58,378 nucleotides of DNA from Catajapyx aquilonaris (Eukaryota), in the NCBI GenBank assembly GCA_000934665.2, contig JYFJ02002369.1:1-58378 (forward strand). Direction: 5' to 3'. The stretch's first letter is position 1, and every line of letters begins with the position of its first letter. The notes beneath the pieces are model-generated. The model was not told the DNA's origin. It searched no databases and saw only the letters and a program-made list of their open reading frames with translations. The position numbers and the translations under genes were made by a program. Of the stretch, positions 51,001-58,378 are shown piece by piece.

Positions 51001-52466
51001 TGGGGTCCAGATATACCCCACGTCGTAGCCAATGTACACAATTTTTTAGAGAACACATCACAGCAAATGGTATTTTATAAAGTGTGCATATGACAGTAAT
51101 AATAATAAAAGTATCAGTGGTAATCGAAAAGGTTCTATCTTGCAACGTTTTCACGAGGCACGTAACATGCACTTATTGCTCTAAACCCTCCAAAAACTGG
51201 AATTACGAGTTCCCTGAGCCTCAAATGCACATGTGGTAGGCCTACATGTGTCGAAAACTGACCTATATCCCACATCTCACATCTCACTAGAAACACTCAC
51301 TGTCAGTGGTTGCCGGAGCTCACCCTGGTCATTTTTGATTATCAAATTGTGCTGATATGCTGTGTGTGTGCGCGCTCCAGGAGGAAATGAATATGCCATC
51401 GGTATATAAAAATAGTCTGAGTAATGGGGCATCCTCCTAGTAACCTAGTGGATACAGTAAATGGCGCTAATGAGTTTCTATGTTTTTTCCTATTAAAATA
51501 GCTGCCTTCAGTAGTAGCAATTTCTGTCGTAATCTGTTAGCCCTGTAGAAAGTCATTTGTCACATCTTCTTGAAAAAGGTGACGCACACAATTTTGGGCA
51601 TATGTGGATTTGGGTTAGATGCATCACCCAAATCCACATATGCCCAAAAAACATACACATTATGTACGATTGCAAACATGGTGGTATCCCACTCCCATAA
51701 CAAGGGCCCAGGGCTCGATAATGGGGTACAGTAAAAAAAATAGCTAACGTCGACTGGTGCTATTTTCTTCTAGTACCATAGACTTATAGTGCCCTAGCAT
51801 TGGCACTGTCTTCTGTTAGTTTAATATTTAGTGGGTCATTAGGCGCAGAAGTGTATTAATTATGGTCGGAGATGAGTCTTGTGCACCTCACTCTTGGCGC
51901 AGGGAATAATTAATTGGTAAATGAGCAATTTGATGGCAATTTCAGACATATACGCGTAGGAGCAGTGCAATATTATCAGAGGGGATGTTCCACTCATACC
52001 CGATTTCTACACCTTTGTAATAGACTGTTAAGAGCTCTACTTGTAGTTTAAAGTTCCATCACATTTCAACACACTATAAGGCCACTTAACTCGCAACGGT
52101 TTATTAATTTTTTAGATTGAAGGAAATGAACATACGTGCAGCACTGCATACACAAGCATGAACTGTGCGATTCTCTCATGATAATACGATTATGAGTGCA
52201 AATGTCGCTCCCCGTATACAGTAGTGCCCTGGGTGACCTTAGGACTATATAGTATCTGTTTAGAAGCACAAGTGAGAGCAAAAGTATAGTGCCGGAGAGA
52301 GAAGATTGGCCTGCATCGATGCTGGCTTAATGGCCAGTGTTGTTCGTCATGTAAACAATGGCATCGGACATCGAACAGCAGACCTCTGTCTGAACAGGGT
52401 GTCCGATGCCTCCGAGTCGGAGGCCGGAGTCGGAGTCACCGGAATCGGAGTCGGATCGACTGTGTA

Positions 52467-53138
52467 CAGTGCTGGACACAATAGCATATAACAAGTGCAA
52501 ACAACGACTTTGGCGTTACCTGGCAACTGGTCGTGTTCGGACATCGTCATGTGGAGAGTGCTTAGCGTTCTTTCTGTCGTTGCCACTGTTTACAGGTAGC
52601 GATTGATGCTGGAACGAAGGGTGTGTGCATGCTTACCAATGCATGGCATCGGAATAAGCGGGCTGAGGGGGATATTATTTTGAGAAGGCGATTCGTTATT
52701 ATCACACTATTGTCACTTTCCAGTATTAGTCAGGATGCATGGAGTTACTGAATGATCGGGAAGGAGTCCGGTACATGCTCTTGTCTGCCAATTTAATGTA
52801 AGGTCCACATTGAATGTCATCCACTCCCAATCAAGTCCAGTGTAACGGATGAAAGGGGAGTAGTGGGTGGGTGAGAGTGTGTGAAAGAGGGTGGGTTGGT
52901 TGGGTAAGAGGCACATTTTCGTTCTGAATTACTGTCAGAGTCGCTTAGCCGTTTCATAAGAAACGTTGGTAAGCATGCACACACCCTTCGTCCCAGCATC
53001 AATCGCTACCTGTAAACAGTGGCAACGACAGAAAGAACGCTAAGCACTCTCCACATGACGATGTCCGAACACGACAAGTTGCCAGGTAACGCCAATGTCG
53101 TTGTTTACACTTGTTATATGCTATTGTGTCCAGCACTG
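52467..53138. mobile_element. Long-TIR Tc1-like MITE
   Basis: ~173-bp near-perfect TIRs starting CAGTGCTGGACAC; TA TSD. Confidence 0.92.
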
Positions 53139-54010
53139 TACAACCCTCTTAATAGCAGGGTGCAGTAAAGATTCGGCGACATTGCTTGCCGTCCATCCTT
53201 ACAGGGCAGAGCATGACTGTGTCGCAGTGCTGCCTGCTCTGGAGGTCCGGTCAGGAAAAGGCAGCATGACTGAAGAGCAATTAATTATACGTACAAGCAA
53301 TCAGCCCATGTTCTGTTGGATATCTGGTCTATAACGATTATTATTTAATCGTCCGTATTTCACTACAGTTGATAGTTAATTCGTATGTACAGCGCCTCCT
53401 TTCATGCCCTGGAAGTTCTGTATTTCGGTTTTGGAGGTAACGTTATTGTTCTTTCTAACAGAGCGACAGTCGAGTGGTTGCATTCGATTTGAATCATGAA
53501 AGCCCCATTCGTGCCCAGCCACGATTCGCCAAATGAATGATCATACTGGTATATACGTACAGTATGTGTATTATGACGTATAAACATGGAGCCCTCTCCC
53601 CTTCCTCCCTCAGTGATATATAGCTCGTTAATGCTTGTGCAGTTCATTAGACTGCTGGGAATGTGCGTTTCATACAGTGCATGCAGCAGGCTAAATAAAT
53701 GAAATAATAAGGCCTCGGAAGAATATATTGACAGAATAAATACGTACGTCCGTGGACACAAATGGAATGTCGAGGTGTAGTTTCGGATTCTGCTTACCAG
53801 TACCGGTACTTTTTCTCGAATGAGTTTTATGGTGTATAGTCCCCAGAGTGATGGTTGGTTTCGGTTTAGGCTGTATGATCCCTGGCCTCCTAATAATATA
53901 TTATAGCCTACAATATTGGGCTGTACGTGCACTGTGGCATATTCGTCTACAGGCAAGGCTTATAGAGACAACTGATAAATATGTCACTGCGTTGATCTCT
54001 CTCCTATTAT

Positions 54011-54359
54011 TTTTATTTATTTTTATTTTATTTTACCCCATTGAGAGATCAAAGCTCTATTAGGGGGGTGGAACACCACCATATTTTCAATTTTTGGCTT
54101 TTCTTCATACTCTGGTGCAGGGAAATCAGGGAAATTGGGTAAGGATAGGAATTTTTGGGGAGGGGACACGGGTGCAAGTGCAATGTCTCAAACTGGGCCA
54201 TGTGCAGTCCCCCAGGAGGTTAGGTTGCCAGACACCTCCTTGGTGCAGGTCAGAGACCCTCCTGACGCAACCGAAAGGGAAATCCCGGGCGGGGATCGAA
54301 CCCGGGACCTTTCGATCAGAAAGCCGAGCCGTTACCAGCTCGGCCACCACACCTCCCCA
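54011..54359 (-). mobile_element. tRNA-derived SINE, family B, full length
   Basis: A and B boxes; perfect 16-bp TSD ATCTCTCTCCTATTAT (53995-54010, 54360-54375). Confidence 0.92.
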
Positions 54360-55164
54360 ATCTCTCTCCTATTATAGCAACGTAATTTCAGGTATTATGT
54401 GCTTCAATTGATTTATTCCTTTCTCGCCTGGCTCACCAGCTGAACAAAGGGGTGCATGGCAGGGTCACGTTCGCCACAAATCCTTTTATATTCGAGAGAT
54501 TTAACAGTTTCATACTGGTTTGATTGAGTCAATAATAAGCGATAGATGCCGGTTGGCCATATCAATACAACGTTAGAGAGTTGTTTTCAGCCGAATAATT
54601 ATTGTTTTAAAAATTCGGGCGTGTAATAAATATTATCCTCTTCAATGATAATGTAGCAATTTTAATTTTAATTGAAACGTGATGCGGTAGGCCATCGAAG
54701 GTGGTGGCGGCAATTCCAAGTGCAATATGTATTATTAGACCATTACACTACACTGTTTGTGTATACCTAACGTCCTGGCCGAGTGCTATGCAGTGTCGTA
54801 CACCTGTTGAAAGTGGCTGTGAAATGACACTGTTATGTTCGCAGGAATTGCTCTGAAATGCACGTTAATTATGCAGTCGGCATCCGCGGTTTTTTCTAGC
54901 TCCTAGCGGATGAGTGAATTCCGCGGATAAGACGAAGCCGACAGTATCTATATAGACTATTAATATTATTGCGATGTAACGTTCCCTCGAGACAATTATT
55001 TTCTTGCACTGAAGTTATCTACATAATATCTATGATCAGTTTATTTCACGCAAGTCTATAGAGAGGCTGCCCGTAAGAAGTTAGCTATTTTTAAACAAAT
55101 AATAGCTGGCAAAGTGCAGTACTAGCCAGGTGTTGGATTTACAATTAAGGTAATTAATTAATTA

Positions 55165-55422
55165 AATTATTTTTTTTGCCTGTACCCCATTATCGGACCT
55201 TGGGCCCTTATTAGGGGAGTGGAATACCACTATTTTTGGGAACCATATAATATATATATGTTAATTGTTCCAAGGGTAAGTATAGGAGGGGATGTGCAAA
55301 GTGCAAGTGCGCTGTCGTTAATTGGTCATTTTGTGAACTCCCCCGGGTGGCTTAGTCTATCGGAAATTGCCACCCGAAACGAAGCCAGAGATGGCCCAAC
55401 TCTGCACGAAAGAAGGTGGGAA
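55165..55422 (-). mobile_element. 5'-truncated SINE family A with shared 3' tail
   Basis: Matches 8231-8368 reverse-complemented; the tail also occurs alone at ~51680-51740 (+). Confidence 0.78.
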
Positions 55423-57777
55423 GTAATTAATTAATTAAGGAATTAAGAACGAGCACAAAACAAAGGTGCACGAGTTGTGTGTGCGGTATAACATAGCTGT
55501 TAATGTAATTATTATTCCAGCAACTACGAGACATTGTTAGAGACGCCGCGCTGGCAAGTGGAAGAATGTTGTGAGAACTAGAGCTTCAATACATTGTCAC
55601 AATCATAGACACACGTGACAATGTATTAACCCGAGGGTTAATTAATATTTAATAATAATTCAATAACTAACAAGTGCACTACCACTAGTTACCATGCTGT
55701 TGTTTCAATATTATCTCAGTGTAATGTTAGTTTTTTTTTACAGTCGTAGAAAGCAGTTGCAAAATAATGATCCTTGTATCTGTCACTTCCACTCCAGCCG
55801 GTCTCTATGATTCATCACTTTGGGATTTATATGGGCACTTTATAGTTTATAGACTTTAGGCTATCGGGTGAATTTCGTCAGAAGCAAGCAAGTGTGACTG
55901 CCACTTTTCCCTCTCTCGTGCATCACTAAATCTTGGACATTCACATTGTGATCCAAAAGGGAGCAGGATTTACTTGGGAAGTGTCTTGTAACCGTTTGGA
56001 TCGTTTCAAGATTGGTCCAGCTGTTCATTCCCTTTCTCGAGTGCCTTCGCCAGGGTTTTCCTGGATAGATAGGTCGCGCGGTGCTAGGCAAAAGTAGCAG
56101 GAATGGTGAGGTTAATAACGGAGTCTTTTCATCTATTTTTGATTGCTCTTTCTGTATGGTGTGTTTACAGCCTGTAGAGCTCATCGTCCAGTCGAAGGAC
56201 AGGGTCTGTAACAATGTATATTCAAGGAGCATGCAACAATACCGTGTACTAATGTATCCGTATATCACTGCATTGTTTTCGAAGTACAGGGCCGAGAAAA
56301 GAGATCAATGTTTTCATCACCAGAATCGTAATATGATCTGCAATGAAAAAGTGCAGTTCCACGTATACGTATATCTGAAATGAGAAGGGACACTGTCAGA
56401 TTACTATCAATTTCTGAATACGTATAGTATTACATAATGTATGCAAAAGCTACAGAATGAAATAGTAGAGCTCCTCCTACGCAATAATTATACTGTATTG
56501 TTCAATTGTTTGCAGAATATATTGTACATGTATCTTTTATGACGTATCATTGTGACAGCTCCTAATAGTAGCATATAAATCGTAATACCTCCTACAGAAC
56601 AACTTTTTCACCGTTTGATGCCTTTTACGTGCTGAAATAATTATTCTCTGCGATGGATGGTGCTCTGGATACTTGTCACCGGATGTGCAATGACATATTC
56701 CGGGTTCATAACGCAAGGTCGTCTCATTATTCAGATCTTTCCTTGCACTTCTTAGGGTATATAAATACTCGTGTAAGTAGTAAGGCCGATTTCCGAGAGT
56801 CCTCTAATATTTGTAAGGCATTCTGGCAGGATTAAAATCGTTCCCGTCACTTTAAATACGTATATTTAGAAAAATTAATGCACGTAGAACTAAGGGGTGA
56901 CTGCTGGAAAGCACATAGGTTGACTTTCGAGACATTTCCTAACTGCTCGGAAGAGGAGAGGACACTGATGTGGTGCGAGTCTTTGCTTCGTCTATCCACT
57001 CCCAAGCATATTTTTGTGACCATCACACAATGATTGTGTATGTTTGTATGTGCCGGAAGTCACATAATTATTATGAGAACTTTATGAGACTTTAAATTGG
57101 CTTTCTCTTGTCTGGAGGGATCTGCTGGATCTAGGCCATGCTGAAATACTCTATACATGTGGCTGCTACGTCACTTCTCCTTCAGACTTCCCCTTCTCTC
57201 TATGTGATCCCTCTATTATCTCTTACCAATATGCCGATCTTCCTCCTGAATGCGCATAGAAGGTCCATGTTGCTTCCGCGAAATACCTGACGGTGGTCCA
57301 GCTTCACAATGCCATTTTTTTCCACCACGAATACCAGAATACTATATACCTTTGGCACAATTACAGGTTACACACGATATACCAGTAACTCTCTCTGTCA
57401 AGTAAAGGTGTGGAGAGTTTCGCCAAATGGCTCTGGAGAGATTGTAATAATTTGCATACCGGTAATATTATGTATGGATTCTCATATACTATACAGCAGC
57501 ACATTCCACCTGCTCGTGCTGATGGCTCATGACAGGTTTTGCCTTACCGCGGTTTCTTCAAGAAGATAATATAGCAGTGGGCATTGTTGGGGCTTTGGAG
57601 TCCGCCGCAGACACGTACGACGTACGCGACAGGTCCGCATCATGTGGCATTAGTCAGAGGTGTATGCTGTGGAATTGAAGCCCCTCAATTTCTTTCTTAC
57701 TGTATACAGTACATTTTGTACTACCACGAGAATTATCGGCGACGATGCCAAATATTATTCGGAATTATTCGGTTAAT

Positions 57778-57808
<31 letters not shown>

Positions 57809-57841
57809 GCAACAACAACAACAGCAGCAGCAGCAGCAGCA
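57778..57841. repeat. (AAC)n(AGC)n compound microsatellite
   Basis: Read directly. Confidence 0.95.
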
Positions 57842-58378
57842 AGACAAGCACGAGTAATCCGAAAGGAAAAGGAGCGTTGGGGGCTCTTCACTGAATATCT
57901 TTCGTGGGATACCGACCCAATAAATATTGTAATATCTGAAGGAAGACTCTGCCCCTGAGGCGCCATTTGTGAATGTTTTCATGCATCTCGCACGGCCATG
58001 GAGTCTATCGAATAGCGTCTTGCATGCCTGCATGCTGGTTCATTCTGGAACTGCGTATATAGAGAGGTCTGGCACAATCCATCGTTTCTCTGATGGGAAT
58101 CAAGAGAGAAGCAGCAACGATCTGGCGGCTGTCTCTGTCGTATATAGCTTGTGTAGCTGTAGTCTTGCAACAACAATATAAGTTTGACTTCCAACAACAT
58201 CGTTATGGTCTCTCTCATGAAATAGTGAAATGCGCTATGTGAATGGGTCTGAATGCTTGTTGCACGCAGGGTACTACCCCTGCGCAGATTATATCATATG
58301 GTATATGCTAAGCTGCATGTGATTTACGTAGCCGTTAGACTTGGTGAAATGAAGCTCCGGGTTTGTTTTGCTCTATAC

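Noticed and set aside
34615..58033. ORFs with poly-L, -Y, -N/H, -T/A or -C tracts
   Set aside because: They are open only because of microsatellites.

Overview
Eukaryotic, arthropod-like genomic DNA with spliceosomal introns, many transposons and small N gaps. Left half (1-32 kb) holds four genes reconstructed by eye. (1) The last coding exon of FAM50/XAP5 (+). (2) A complete 3-exon PCBD/DCoH (-), tail-to-tail with FAM50, stops 65 bp apart. (3) A complete 4-exon RNA polymerase I subunit RPA49/POLR1E (+), head-to-head with PCBD across 366 bp. (4) A complete 3-exon membrane UDP-glycosyltransferase (-). Introns are packed with nested Tc1/mariner, hAT, PIF/Harbinger, piggyBac and pogo-like MITEs, tRNA-derived SINEs and one decayed RT+RNase H non-LTR element. 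The right half (~32.5-58.4 kb) has no intact gene I can recognise. It reads as decayed, intronless coding-like sequence on both strands, contains a broken TM + chitin-binding (ChtBD2) gene resembling viral 11K proteins, and is bracketed by a ~105-bp direct repeat 23.8 kb apart. My best, unproven candidate for something new is that this half is an old endogenous large-DNA-virus element. All calls come from manual reading; no database search was run.
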